Positions 1 to 9,143 of a DNA stretch of 58,715 nucleotides are shown piece by piece. Source of the stretch: an uncultured Thermoanaerobaculia bacterium (GTDB lineage Bacteria > Acidobacteriota > Thermoanaerobaculia > Gp7-AA8); NCBI GenBank assembly GCA_964650405.1, contig CAZYTO010000003.1:1-58715 (forward strand), read 5' to 3'. The notes below the pieces were generated by a model, which saw nothing but the letters and a program-made list of their open reading frames with translations, was not told the DNA's origin and did no database searches. Numbering within the stretch: the first letter of the stretch is position 1; each line of letters opens with the position of its first letter. The translations under genes and the position numbers were made by a program.

Positions 1-590
1 AGCGCCACCACCCAAACCGGCGTGGGCCGGCCGCGCGGGGGACGGGCGGCGATCCACAGCAGAGCGGGGTAGAACGCCGTCGCGTTCGTCACCGGCCAGA
101 GAAAGCGGACAGCGATCGGACCGGCGGAGGCGAAGAGGATCGCACCGACCGCGGCGCCGCGGCGGCCGAGGCGCTCTTCCCGCAGCCAGAGGTAGGCGAA
201 GAAGAACGCCACGTTCAGCTTCAGGAAGATGATGCCGCTGTATACCCACGTCAGGGGCAGCAAGAGCGACGGGAGGGCGATGAGCGGGGAGAGAACGGCG
301 GAGGCGGACGAGCCGAAGCCGGGGATGCCCGAGCCGACGAACGGGTTCCAGTGGAACGCGCCGGGCCGCGACTTCAGCAGGGACATGAGCGTGAGGTAGG
401 ACGTCGGCGGATCGTTGATCACCGAGTTCTGCACGTCCAGCGGCTTTACCGTCGTCCACGGATCGAAGTTCGCGAAGACGTCGTTCGGCGACACCACCCG
501 CCCCATGAACAGCGTCGGGAAGAAGAAGACGAAGTGCCAGACCACCAGCGCGGCCAGGGCGGTCTTGTGCTTACGGAGCGTTCGCTTCAC
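1..590 (-). CDS. YfhO-like multi-pass membrane protein (GT-C type), 3' end runs off the window
   Basis: Absent from the ORF track because it has no stop in the window. Manual translation from GTG at 590: MKRTLRKHKTALAALVVWHFVFFFPTLFMGRVVSPNDVF...FHWNPFVGSGIPGF...; hydrophobic helices and a WNP-x4-G-x-P motif typical of YfhO-family proteins. Confidence 0.6.
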   Translation of the reverse strand, partial: MKRTLRKHKTALAALVVWHFVFFFPTLFMGRVVSPNDVFANFDPWTTVKPLDVQNSVINDPPTSYLTLMSLLKSRPGAFHWNPFVGSGIPGFGSSASAVLSPLIALPSLLLPLTWVYSGIIFLKLNVAFFFAYLWLREERLGRRGAAVGAILFASAGPIAVRFLWPVTNATAFYPALLWIAARPPRGRPTPVWVVA

Positions 591-605
591 GCGATTGGAG
601 TTTAT

Positions 606-721
606 CCGTTGTTCGTTGGTCGTTGGTCGTTGTTCGTTGTCCGTTGGTCGGGTATGGAACCGATCTCGGAAACGAACAACGGCACGAACAACGAATACGA
701 ACAACGACCAACGAACAACGG
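606..721. repeat. Family A heptamer (AACGAAC/AACGGAC/AACGACC) inverted-repeat hairpin
   Basis: Left arm 606-650 (ccgttgttcgttggtcgttggtcg...), 20-nt spacer, right arm 671-721 (aacgaacaacgg...caacgaacaacg). Confidence 0.9.
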
Positions 722-722
722 C

Positions 723-1637
723 TCATTCGTAGAACGCGACGATCCGCGCGTACAGCTTCTCCCCGATCGCGCTCTTTGCCTCGTGAGTGCCGCCGCCGAT
801 GTGTGGGGTGAGGATGAGCCGCGGGTCGTCCGGGAACGTCGTCGCCGGCGGCTCAGGGTCGAAGACGTCGAGTGCCAGCCCGGCAAGATGATGCGCCGCC
901 AGGGCGTCCAGGGCGGCGCGCTGGTCGAGCGCTTCGCCGCGCGCGGCGTTCACGAGGAAGGAGCCTCGCTTCATCGCGGCCAGTTCGCGGGCGCCGATCA
1001 TGCCGCGTGTCTCGGCGGTGAGTGGAACGTGAAGCGTGACGATGTCGCATTCGAGGATTTCGCCGAGCGATCCTGCCCGCACCGCGCCCCGCTCGGCGAA
1101 GTCGCCCTCGGAGAGATAGGGATCGAAGGCGCAGGGACGCATGCCGAATGCACCCGCCAGCCGTGCCACGCGCCGGCCCACCTCCCCGAGACCGATGATC
1201 CCGAGCCGGTAGAAGGCAAGCTCGTGCCGGGTCGCGGAATCCGCGCGATGCCAGCCTCCGGCCGCCACCTCCCGCGTGTACTGTGGCACGGTACGGGTCA
1301 TGGCGATCATGCAGCCCAGGACCAGCTCCGCCACGGCATTCGCATTCGCGCCGGGGAGGTGGATCACGGCGACGCCGCGCTCCCGGGCGGCCTCGTGGTC
1401 GATGTTGTCGGTGCCGCTCGTCCCCTGCGCGATCAGCTTGAGCCGCGGCGCCGCTTCGATCACCCGCCGCGAGACCACGTTGTACGAGCGCGTGACGAGA
1501 ACCTCCGCGCCGCCGGCAATCGCCGCCAGCTCGTCCTCCGTCGTCACCGGACGGTCCACGACCTCGAATCGGCCGTCCCGCTCCGCCGCGGCGCGGAAGG
1601 AAGGATCGACGTCGGCGGCAATGAGCAGGGTTCTCAT
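723..1637 (-). CDS. D-isomer-specific 2-hydroxyacid dehydrogenase (SerA-like, no ACT domain)
   Basis: GIIGLGEVG Rossmann motif, VNAARG, LALDVFDPEP, TPHIGG; start moved to ATG 1637 because the upstream ORF extension is translated repeat. Confidence 0.9.
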   Translation of the reverse strand: MRTLLIAADVDPSFRAAAERDGRFEVVDRPVTTEDELAAIAGGAEVLVTRSYNVVSRRVIEAAPRLKLIAQGTSGTDNIDHEAARERGVAVIHLPGANANAVAELVLGCMIAMTRTVPQYTREVAAGGWHRADSATRHELAFYRLGIIGLGEVGRRVARLAGAFGMRPCAFDPYLSEGDFAERGAVRAGSLGEILECDIVTLHVPLTAETRGMIGARELAAMKRGSFLVNAARGEALDQRAALDALAAHHLAGLALDVFDPEPPATTFPDDPRLILTPHIGGGTHEAKSAIGEKLYARIVAFYE

Positions 1638-1659
1638 CGGGTGCCAGAGTACTCGACAC

Positions 1660-1729
1660 CCGTTGTTCGTTGTTCGTTGTTCGTAACTACCTTCGACACG
1701 AACAACGATCAACGAACAACGGACAACGA
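1660..1729. repeat. Family A heptamer inverted-repeat hairpin
   Basis: cgttgttcgttgttcgttgttcgt (1661-1684) and acgaacaacgatcaacgaacaacggacaacga (1698-1729); contains the hutI stop codon. Confidence 0.9.
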
Positions 1730-2983
1730 GACTGCCACTCCGCCGCGGACGACGAATCGCCCGCCGTGCAGGACGTCGCGGACGAGATTCACGCCGAAGT
1801 GGTAGACGAGGTGGAGGTAGGACGGAGCATCAAGCAGGACGAGATCGGCCCGTTTGCCGGCTTCGATGGAGCCCGTCTGGCCGGCCAGGCGCAGCGAATG
1901 CGCGCCGTTGAGCGTGGCGGCCGTGAGCGACTCCTCGACGGTCATCTTCATGCGCAGCGTGGCGAGCTGCAGGACCATGGGCATCGACTCCGTCATCGAG
2001 GATCCGGGGTTGCAGTCGGTGGAGAGGGACACGATCGCCCCCGCCTCGATCAGCCGCCGCGCCGGGGCGTAACGATCGGACATGAGGAAGAAGCTCGTGG
2101 CGGGCAGGAGATTGGCCACGGTGTCCGAGGCGGCCAGGGCGGCGATGCCGTCGTCGCTGATGTGCATGAGGTGATCGGCCGACGCCGCGTGTACCTCGGC
2201 AGCCAGCGATGCGCCGCGCGTATCGGAAAGCTCGTCGGCGTGCAGCCGCGGCACAAGGCCGGCCGCCGCGCCGGCCCGGAGCACGCGCTCTCCCTGTTCG
2301 TGCGAGAAAACACCACGCTCGACGAAGGCGTCGCAGAAGACAGCCAGCTTCTGATCGGCCACGGCCGGGAGAATCGACTCCACGATCTCGTCCACCCAGG
2401 CCCCGTCGCCGCGGCGCTCGGGCGGGAACTCATGCGCGGCCAGGCAGGTCGGGACGAGCGTCAGCGGAGCGCGGGATGCGGCCGCGCGCACGGCCCGCAA
2501 CTGCTTCAGCTCATCCTCCAGGGTCAGCCCGTAGCCGCTCTTGGCCTCGGCGGTAGTCGTGCCATGACGAACCATCGTTCGCGCCCGGGCCAGGACGTTC
2601 TCCGTGAGCTCATCTTCCGAAGCGGCCCGCGTGGCACGAACGGTCGAGGCGATGCCTCCGCCGCTCGCTGCGATCGTTTCGTAGCTCTCCCCCTGCAGGC
2701 GCCGGTTGAACTCCGACTCGCGGAAGCCTGCGAACGGGATGTGCGTATGCGTGTCGACGAAACCCGGAAGCGCCGTGGCCCCATGGGCATCGAAGTCCTC
2801 GGTGATGGCCGTACGCAGCCCGGCCGGGATGTCCCGTTCCTCCCCCACGAAGGCGAAGCGGCCCTCGCGAATGACGATCACCCCGCCGTCGATGACCAGC
2901 AATGTCCGCATGGCCGCACCCCGCACCGCGCCTGCGCCCCGAGGCGTGGCGATCTGCGACAGATTGCGGATGAGGAGGGCCAC
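1709..2983 (-). CDS. hutI: Imidazolonepropionase
   Basis: PGFVDTHTH, GTTTAEAKSGYGL, FCDAFVE, LHADEL and STDCNPGSS motifs of HutI amidohydrolases. Confidence 0.92.
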   Translation of the reverse strand: MALLIRNLSQIATPRGAGAVRGAAMRTLLVIDGGVIVIREGRFAFVGEERDIPAGLRTAITEDFDAHGATALPGFVDTHTHIPFAGFRESEFNRRLQGESYETIAASGGGIASTVRATRAASEDELTENVLARARTMVRHGTTTAEAKSGYGLTLEDELKQLRAVRAAASRAPLTLVPTCLAAHEFPPERRGDGAWVDEIVESILPAVADQKLAVFCDAFVERGVFSHEQGERVLRAGAAAGLVPRLHADELSDTRGASLAAEVHAASADHLMHISDDGIAALAASDTVANLLPATSFFLMSDRYAPARRLIEAGAIVSLSTDCNPGSSMTESMPMVLQLATLRMKMTVEESLTAATLNGAHSLRLAGQTGSIEAGKRADLVLLDAPSYLHLVYHFGVNLVRDVLHGGRFVVRGGVAVSLSVVR

Positions 2984-3026
2984 CGACCGCAGAGTCTACC
3001 GTGTTCGACGAAGCGGCCGTGCCGAC

Positions 3027-3083
3027 GTGCTGGGCGCCGAGTGCTGGGTGCCGAGTGCCGAGTCCTCCGCACTCGGCACTCAG
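3027..3083. repeat. Family B heptamer (GCTGAGT/GCCGAGT/GCTGGGT) hairpin
   Basis: gtgctgggcgccgagtgctgggtgccgagtgccgagt ... gcactcggcactcag. Confidence 0.85.
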
Positions 3084-3124
3084 ATCGGAATCGATGGGAA
3101 CACGCACGAGGCAGATCCCAAAAC

Positions 3125-3173
3125 CACTCATGCCTTGTCACTCATGACTCATGCCCGCGGCCCGCAGCACTCG
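3125..3173. repeat. Family C heptamer arm (ACTCATG), plus one family B unit
   Basis: cactcatgcc..cactcatgactcatgccc..cagcactcg; reverse complement of the array at 18101-18147. Confidence 0.7.
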
Positions 3174-3175
3174 CC

Positions 3176-3676
3176 TTACGAGTTATTGGCCCGGAACATC
3201 GCCGTGATGGGTTGTTCGCCGGCCTCTTCCTCGGCGTCGAGGACGAGGAGGTGCTGGACGGTGTCGAGCGTTCCCTGCAGTTTGTTGCGGGCGGCGCGGC
3301 GCTCGATCTTCAAGTCCTGGATGGCGCGCTCCAGGTCGTGCACCCGCTGCATGGCCTGGGCCACGACGCGCTCGGAGAGGAGCTCGGCGTCTTTCACGAT
3401 CAGCTCCGCCTCCTGCCGGGCGTTGGCCTTCAGCTCTTCGGACACGCGCTGTGCGGAGAGGAGCGTCTCCTTCAGGATGCGCTCGCGGGCCGTGTGCTCC
3501 CCGAGGTCCTCGCGCAGGGCATGATTCTCGCGCGTGACGCGGTCGACCTCGCGCAGCAGGTGCTCGATCTCTTCCGCGACGAGGTGCAGGTAGGCGCGGA
3601 CTTCATCGCCGTCGTAGCCTTTGAAACCGCGCGAGAAGGTCTGCTTCTGGATATCGAGTGGCGTGAGACCTTGCAT
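3176..3676 (-). CDS. divIVA: DivIVA-domain cell division/polarity protein
   Basis: N-terminal LTPLDIQKQTFSRGFKGYDGDEVRAYL signature followed by coiled coil; GGGAGGGG SD upstream; yggS-yggT-divIVA synteny. Confidence 0.93.
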   Translation of the reverse strand: MQGLTPLDIQKQTFSRGFKGYDGDEVRAYLHLVAEEIEHLLREVDRVTRENHALREDLGEHTARERILKETLLSAQRVSEELKANARQEAELIVKDAELLSERVVAQAMQRVHDLERAIQDLKIERRAARNKLQGTLDTVQHLLVLDAEEEAGEQPITAMFRANNS

Positions 3677-3701
3677 CGTCCCCTCCCAACACTTCCCAGC
3701 A

Positions 3702-4031
3702 CTACTTGTGAAGTATAGCGGAGGAGGCCACCAGAACCATTTCCTGCAGGAAGTAGACGAGCAGCAGCACGATCAGCGGCGACCAGTCGATCCCAGCCGT
3801 GTTGAAGCGCCGAAGGAAGAGCTGGAAGGGACGGACGAACGGCCTGGCGAAGCGGGAACAGATCTCGTTGAGCTGCTCCAGGACGACATATGCGCCGCGG
3901 TTGCGCCAGCGGAACGACGAGTGCGATGCGAAGAACAACAGCCAGGAGAGGACCACCCAGGTGATGACGATCCACTTCACCACGTCGAGGATCATGTAGA
4001 GGAGATGGAAGAACGGACCGAGGAACGCCAT
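3702..4031 (-). CDS. yggT: YggT family membrane protein
   Basis: MAFLGPFFHLL...GIDWSPLIVLLL motif; ATG overlaps the yggS stop (TGATG). Confidence 0.85.
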   Translation of the reverse strand: MAFLGPFFHLLYMILDVVKWIVITWVVLSWLLFFASHSSFRWRNRGAYVVLEQLNEICSRFARPFVRPFQLFLRRFNTAGIDWSPLIVLLLVYFLQEMVLVASSAILHK

Positions 4032-4690
4032 CAGACCCGGCTCCCGAAGATGGCCCGTCCGACGCGCACGTGCGTCGCGCCCTCTTCCACTGCCGCTTCG
4101 AAGTCTTCGCTCATCCCCATGGACAGATACTCCACGCCCAAACCGTCGCGCAGGGCCCGCAATTCGCGGAAGTAGCGCCGGGCGTCCTCCACCGTGCCGG
4201 CCGGAGGGATGGCCATGAGACCCCGCAGGTGCAGCGAGGGCATGTCCGCGACGGCCTTGGCCAGTGCCCCCAGCTCGTTCCGGGCCGCGCCGCTCTTCTG
4301 CGTCTCGTCGCCGATGTTCACCTGCACGAGCACCTCCTGCCGCTTCCCCGCGCCGTCGGCGGCGCGGGCGATCTTCCCGGCCAGGTCGGCCGAATCCACG
4401 GTCTGGATGACGTCGAAGAGCCGCACTGCGTCCTTGGCCTTGTTCGACTGGAGGTGTCCGATGAGATGCCACTGTGCACTGCCGGCCACCAGCGGCTTCT
4501 TCTCGCGCGCCTCCGGGACCCGGTTCTCGCCGATGTCGGTGACGCCCGCGGCGATGGCTTCCTCGACGTAGGCCGCCGGAAAGACCTTCGTCACGGCGAT
4601 GAGCGTGACCTCGTCCACGCTCCGTCCCGCGCGGGCGCAGGCGGCGGCGATGCGGGCGCGCACGCCGGCAACCCCGTCACGAATCGACAC
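4031..4690 (-). CDS. yggS: PLP homeostasis protein YggS/PLPBP
   Basis: LIAVTK, DIGENRV, WHLIGHLQSNKAK, LRGLMAIP, LSMGMSEDFEAAVEEGATHVRVGRAIFG; GTG start with GGAGAGG SD. Confidence 0.95.
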   Translation of the reverse strand: MSIRDGVAGVRARIAAACARAGRSVDEVTLIAVTKVFPAAYVEEAIAAGVTDIGENRVPEAREKKPLVAGSAQWHLIGHLQSNKAKDAVRLFDVIQTVDSADLAGKIARAADGAGKRQEVLVQVNIGDETQKSGAARNELGALAKAVADMPSLHLRGLMAIPPAGTVEDARRYFRELRALRDGLGVEYLSMGMSEDFEAAVEEGATHVRVGRAIFGSRV

Positions 4691-5108
4691 GGCGCCTCTC
4701 CACATGGCGGCCGTCGGCGCGGTCGACGGCCAGGTTCGCCAGCCGGTCCGCCTCCTTGTTTCCGGCGCGCAGGGTGTGGCGGATCGAAAAGCGGCGGAAG
4801 TGCCGGACCAGCATCTTGGCCCGCTGGAACAGGGGGATGAGGTTTGGATGCTTGACCCGGTACTTGCCGAGCATCTGCTGGACGAGCAGGAGCGAGTCGC
4901 TGACCACTTCCAGCTCCTCGGCTCCCTCTTTCTGCGCCGTGTCCAGGGCCTCCAGGAGGCCGGAGTACTCCGCGACGTTGTTGGTGGTCGTTCCGAGGTA
5001 GCCGGCAATCTCGATCACTTCCGAGTCGGAGCGAAGGACGACGCCATAGCCGGCCGGTCCGGGATTGCCGCGCGACGCTCCGTCGACGAATGCGGTGAAT
5101 TTCTTCAG
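4677..5108 (-). CDS. rnhA: Ribonuclease HI (archaeal/actinobacterial type), probable CTG start
   Basis: In-frame upstream of the ORF-track start lies LKKFTAFVDGASRGNPGPAGYG (catalytic Asp); also TNNVAEYSGL, SDSLL and NKEADRLAN. The only plausible start is CTG 5108, overlapping the upstream TGA. Confidence 0.88.
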   Translation of the reverse strand: MKKFTAFVDGASRGNPGPAGYGVVLRSDSEVIEIAGYLGTTTNNVAEYSGLLEALDTAQKEGAEELEVVSDSLLLVQQMLGKYRVKHPNLIPLFQRAKMLVRHFRRFSIRHTLRAGNKEADRLANLAVDRADGRHVERRRVDS

Positions 5109-5815
5109 GATGCGGGTTTCTCCAGGTAGAGGATTCGGTGACAGCCTTCGCAGTGTACGAGGTCCCCGCGCTTGAGTTGCTGGTGCAGGGCCGGACGGAT
5201 GCGCGTGCGGCAGGCGCTGCAGGAGTCGTTCAGCACGGGCGCCACGGCGCTGTTCTGCCGCTGTTTGAAGATGCGGTGGAACTCCCGCTTCAGCGCGTCG
5301 GGGATCCCTTCCTCGATGCCCGCCGCCTTCGTCCTCAGGGAGGCGACCTCCGCGCGCAGGTCCGCCAGCGAGTGTTGCCAGGCGTCGTGGGCTTCATCCC
5401 AGCGGGTCTTGAGGGCGTCGTGTCCGCTCTTCCGCTCGTCGAGCCGGCTCTGCAGCCCGTCGATCTCGCCGATCGTCTTGAGGGCCGAATCCTCCAGCTC
5501 CTTGACGTGCTTGCGCGTGGCGTCGATCTCCTTCCACGCCGCGGCGTACTGCTGTGGATTCTTCACCTGCATGAGCTGCCCCTGGTACTTCTTGAGCAGC
5601 TCCTCCTGGTCCGAGAGCTCGCCCTCCGCCCGGCGCCGCTCCTTGGACAGCGTCTCGATCTGCGCCGTCAGCTTCGTGGTCTCTTCCGCCGCGGCCTGCC
5701 ACTCGCGGTCGATGGCCGCGAACGACTCCGGTTTGGCGGCCAACTGCTTCTCCCGGTCCCCGATCTGGGTAAGGACCGTCTGGAGCTCCCACAGTTTCTC
5801 GACTTCCTGATTCAC
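5105..5815 (-). CDS. Coiled-coil protein with C4-type zinc ribbon (DUF164/CT398 family)
   Basis: LWELQ...long coiled coil...CSACRTRIRP...CEGCHRILY; GTG start with GGAGG SD. Confidence 0.9.
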   Translation of the reverse strand: MNQEVEKLWELQTVLTQIGDREKQLAAKPESFAAIDREWQAAAEETTKLTAQIETLSKERRRAEGELSDQEELLKKYQGQLMQVKNPQQYAAAWKEIDATRKHVKELEDSALKTIGEIDGLQSRLDERKSGHDALKTRWDEAHDAWQHSLADLRAEVASLRTKAAGIEEGIPDALKREFHRIFKQRQNSAVAPVLNDSCSACRTRIRPALHQQLKRGDLVHCEGCHRILYLEKPAS

Positions 5816-5931
5816 CTCGCCTCCATGAATGAAAAAGGCGTTCCGATCGTGGAACGCCTGTACGGGTGGCTGCCTGCCGTCGCCGCTCGCTTGGGATCGT
5901 GTGTCGTCATTGTCTGCAATGCGCCTCGCCA

Positions 5932-6007
5932 TGGTGGGTCCACCAGGATTCGAACCTGGGACCTGCCGGTTATGAGCCGGTAGCTCTAACCGCTGAGCTA
6001 TGGACCC
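5932..6007 (-). tRNA. tRNA with CAT anticodon, most likely tRNA-Ile2 (lysidine-modified); CCA encoded
   Basis: GGGTCCATAGCTCAGCGGTTAGAGCTACCGGCTCATAACCGGCAGGTCCCAGGTTCGAATCCTGGTGGACCCACCA, 76 nt cloverleaf; G1-C72 pair excludes fMet; the GGCTCATAACCG arm resembles Ile2 rather than elongator Met. Confidence 0.93.
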
Positions 6008-6060
6008 GTCCGGCGCGCGATTCTAACACCGGGTGCGAGCTCGCACGACGGAGGACTGTT

Positions 6061-6156
6061 TAGCGAGCGGAAGGTAGCGAGCGGCGAGCGGGGGTGAAGT
6101 TGTCGACACCCGACACCCCGGCTGCGATCAGCCACCAGCGACCAGCAATCAGCGAG
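6061..6156. repeat. Mosaic of heptamer arms (E: TAGCGAG/CGGCGAG; G: CGACACC; H: ATCAGCG/ACCAGCG)
   Basis: tagcgagcggaaggtagcgagcggcgagcgg, cgacacccgacacccc, atcagccaccagcgaccagcaatcagcg. Confidence 0.7.
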
Positions 6157-6158
6157 CC

Positions 6159-7337
6159 CTACTGCCGCTCGACGTGATCCCCGATGGTCATGTGGTAGCG
6201 CGTGCCGACGATCCTGGCGGTAGCGGTGTGCGCCTCGGTGGTGAGGATGCCGATTTCGCCGAGGACCTGGCGCGGCTGGCCGGGCTGCGGGCTCTCGCGC
6301 CAGACCGTCAGGAAGTCGCCCGGCTGCACCGAGTCGTCGCGGCCGAGATTGACCTCGATGAGCACGCCCGAGGCGAGTGCACCGCCCCAGCCGCCTTCGG
6401 CGTTGACGATGTAGCCCTGCGTCTTGCCGCTGGCAGGATCGCAGAAGGCGGGGATGTCGGGGATGCGCGCCAGGGGGATGGGGATCTGCGGCAGCGGCTT
6501 GAGGCGCGCTCCGGCGTGGATGTCCAAACACGACTCGGTGACGATTCCGCGCGCGAAGTGGTCGTCCGCGCAGAGGATGCGAATCTGCCCGCGGTACTCC
6601 CAATGCCGGCCCAGCGTCTGGCCCGTGACCGGGTGCGTGATCAATTGGCCCGGCTCGACCACGAGATACGTCTCGCCGGCCACCAGGCCGGTGGCCGTTC
6701 CGCCGTCGAGGTAAACGAGATCGCTGTTGGAGCCACCCAGTTCCTGATGGATGGCACCCTTCTCGTAAAACGCCTCCTGGTCTTCGTACGAACCGACGCG
6801 ATTCGGCATGGGCTCATTCGGATCGCCGATGTAGCCGAAGCAGTAAACGTCCGCTTCCGTCCCGAGCGGGACCGGCGCCGCCGTAGCCAATGCTCCGCCT
6901 GCGGCGACCACCTGTTCCTGATGCTCGGGCGTCGCCGCCGCCGCCGTCGTGCTTCCGACGATCGGCCCGGTCGTGCCTGTGGAGGACGTGCCGGCTGCGG
7001 CCTGGGCGGCCTCACCCTCGACGAGGAGCACGTCACCGGGATAGATCCAGTGGGCGTCGGTGATCCAGGTGTTCGACTCCCAGAGCTGCGGCCAGAGGTA
7101 GGCGTTGTTGTAGAACTGCTGGGCCAGGCCCCAGAGCGTGTCGCCCTGCTTGATGGTGTAGGTCTTGGCGGCCGCGCCGTACGAGGCGGGGTCGGGAGGG
7201 TTGTAGGCCGTCCAATGGTCACCCGCGCGGTGGAGCTCACGCGGCGGATGCGACGAGGAAGTCGCCTTCTTCGCGGCTCCGAGGAGCGGGACCGCGACCA
7301 ACAGGAGAATGGGAGCCACCCGACGCACACTGACCAT
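6159..7337 (-). CDS. LysM peptidoglycan-binding secreted protein (FlgT-C-like C-terminus possible)
   Basis: Signal peptide MVSVRRVAPILLLVAVPLLGA; LysM YTIKQGDTLWGLAQQFYNNAYLWPQLWESN...WIYPGDVL; AGGGAGGGG SD. Confidence 0.88.
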   Translation of the reverse strand: MVSVRRVAPILLLVAVPLLGAAKKATSSSHPPRELHRAGDHWTAYNPPDPASYGAAAKTYTIKQGDTLWGLAQQFYNNAYLWPQLWESNTWITDAHWIYPGDVLLVEGEAAQAAAGTSSTGTTGPIVGSTTAAAATPEHQEQVVAAGGALATAAPVPLGTEADVYCFGYIGDPNEPMPNRVGSYEDQEAFYEKGAIHQELGGSNSDLVYLDGGTATGLVAGETYLVVEPGQLITHPVTGQTLGRHWEYRGQIRILCADDHFARGIVTESCLDIHAGARLKPLPQIPIPLARIPDIPAFCDPASGKTQGYIVNAEGGWGGALASGVLIEVNLGRDDSVQPGDFLTVWRESPQPGQPRQVLGEIGILTTEAHTATARIVGTRYHMTIGDHVERQ

Positions 7338-7474
7338 CTGTCCCCTCCCTACGGGTTGTAAGGCGTTACGGGAAAAGTTATCGCAACGCAGGAAAGCGGT
7401 CAAGTTTCTGTGTTGGATAGGCTTACTGATTAACGTAGCGGCCGCGCACTTTGAGGGCCAGTACACCTCGTAGA

Positions 7475-7545
7475 GAAGGCTGAAAGGCGGGAAGGCTGAA
7501 AGGGAACGTCGCTCCGGTCAGGCCCTTCCAACCCTTCAGCCTTTC
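7475..7545. repeat. Family I octamer (AAGGCTGA/AAGGCGGG) hairpin
   Basis: gaaggctgaaaggcgggaaggctgaaaggg ... cccttccaacccttcagcctttc. Confidence 0.85.
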
Positions 7546-7578
7546 GTGAGGATCTGGACTGGGCGTTGAGGTAAAGAG

Positions 7579-8487
7579 CTATCGCCCCGTCAGCATGCCG
7601 TCGGCGACCACGGGGCGGCCCTGCGACTGCCGGTACTGCTTCAGCTCGTTGCTCCGCTGCTCGTAGCGCGAGAGCACCTTCTTCACGTACGAACGGGTCT
7701 CGCGGAAGGGGGGGATCCCGTTGTAGCGCTTCACATTGCCCTCCCCGCCGTTGTAGGCGGCGATGGCGTTCTTCAGGTTGCCGTCGAAGCGCTTCTGCAG
7801 GTACTTGAGGTACTTGGTCCCGGCCTCGACGTTCTGCTCCGGGTCGTCGAGATTGCGCGCGCCGAGCCACCGGCCGGTCCGCGGCATGAGTTGCATGAGC
7901 CCGCGCGCGCCGACCTGCGAGTGCGCCGTGGCGTGGAAGCGGGATTCGGTCTCGACGACGGCGGCCACCAGGGCCGGATCGACGTCGTACTTCTTCGCCT
8001 TGTCCTGGATGATGTCGCCGAACGGTACGGCGCTCTGGAAGAAGTCGCGCCGGATGGAGTCGTTGATCCGGGCCATCTCCTCATGGAAGACGTCGCGCTT
8101 CGCAGGGACCGCCGCGCCGGGCGCTCCCTGCGGCATCCACAGGGGCGTGAAGAGGTCGTTCTGTTGCGAGACGAGTCTCTGCGGGAGGGCGCGGGAGAGT
8201 TTGAAGAGGGAGCTGGCGGCAAAGCCGTCCGCGAGCGTGGCCACGACCTTGTCGCGGCCTCGATCGTTCTCCTCCACGACCCGGACGCCCTCGAGGTCGC
8301 GCCGCACTACGAAATGCACGTTGTCGAGCACCTCGGCGGCGCCGCCAACGGAAAGGGCCGCACCAAGCACGAGGGTAACCGCGGCCCGGCCTCCGAGGAA
8401 ACGGAAGAGCCGGTTGCGGTGAACGGCGCGCCGGACTCTCGCGTTACGGGCGACGGCAGAGTCAATGAGGGAGCGTTTCTTCTTCAT
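7579..8487 (-). CDS. Lytic transglycosylase, SLT domain
   Basis: VDPALVAAVVETESRF, GARGLMQLMP, NLKNAIAAYNGGEGNV, ETRSYVKKV; N-terminal membrane anchor. Confidence 0.92.
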   Translation of the reverse strand: MKKKRSLIDSAVARNARVRRAVHRNRLFRFLGGRAAVTLVLGAALSVGGAAEVLDNVHFVVRRDLEGVRVVEENDRGRDKVVATLADGFAASSLFKLSRALPQRLVSQQNDLFTPLWMPQGAPGAAVPAKRDVFHEEMARINDSIRRDFFQSAVPFGDIIQDKAKKYDVDPALVAAVVETESRFHATAHSQVGARGLMQLMPRTGRWLGARNLDDPEQNVEAGTKYLKYLQKRFDGNLKNAIAAYNGGEGNVKRYNGIPPFRETRSYVKKVLSRYEQRSNELKQYRQSQGRPVVADGMLTGR

Positions 8488-8594
8488 TGAGCGCGACCGA
8501 GAACCACGCTCGAACGAAGGTTATTCGCAGTATGCCGGACGCGGCCGGGGCCTTCCCGGCGACGTCATTTCGAAAGTTATTCGAACGGAGAGAG

Positions 8595-9143
8595 TTACTC
8601 CCCGAAGACTTCCGCTGAAAACTTTTCGATCCGCGTCTCGGGGTGCCGCCACGCTCCCGGCGCGAGCCCGGCCTTGACGCAAGTCTGGTCGAGAAAGGTC
8701 TCCCGGTCCCAGCCATATTCGCTGGCGACCTGAGGCAGGAGCAGGCCGGAACGCGTGCCGCGGCTGATAATCAGGCCGTCGCGTCCGCAGACGACGTCCT
8801 CGACGTCGGTGACCCGCTCGATCGGGCCCATGACGGAAATCTCCAGCTCGAGCTCGGGCAGCTCCTCGGCCATGACGGGATCGAAGCGAGGGTCGCGGAA
8901 GGCGGCGTTGACGGCACTGGTGACGACGGCATGGACAAGCGGCTCGCGGGCCACGATGGAGCCGATGCAGCCGCGCAGGTCGCCGTCGTGCGTGCGCAGG
9001 GTGACGAACGCACCGGCCGGCCGTCGCATCACGTCGCTGGCTTCGTCCTCCTGGCTCACGACCGGACGGCGTCCGGCCAGGACGCTTTCAATCGACTGCC
9101 GGGCGAGGGCGAGGAGTCTCTTCCGCTGGATCTCGTTGAGCAT
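8595..9143 (-). CDS. amrA: AMMECR1-domain protein (AmmeMemoRadiSam system protein A)
   Basis: GAFVTL...LRGCIG, AAFRDPRF, ELEISV, GLLLPQVA, TCVKAGL motifs. Confidence 0.93.
   Translation of the reverse strand: MLNEIQRKRLLALARQSIESVLAGRRPVVSQEDEASDVMRRPAGAFVTLRTHDGDLRGCIGSIVAREPLVHAVVTSAVNAAFRDPRFDPVMAEELPELELEISVMGPIERVTDVEDVVCGRDGLIISRGTRSGLLLPQVASEYGWDRETFLDQTCVKAGLAPGAWRHPETRIEKFSAEVFGE

Noticed and set aside
1709-2983. Histidine utilisation operon
   Set aside because: Only hutI is present; no hutH, hutU or hutG in the window
5816-6060. tRNA as an integration site for an island
   Set aside because: No integrase and no duplicated tRNA 3' end; core genes follow directly
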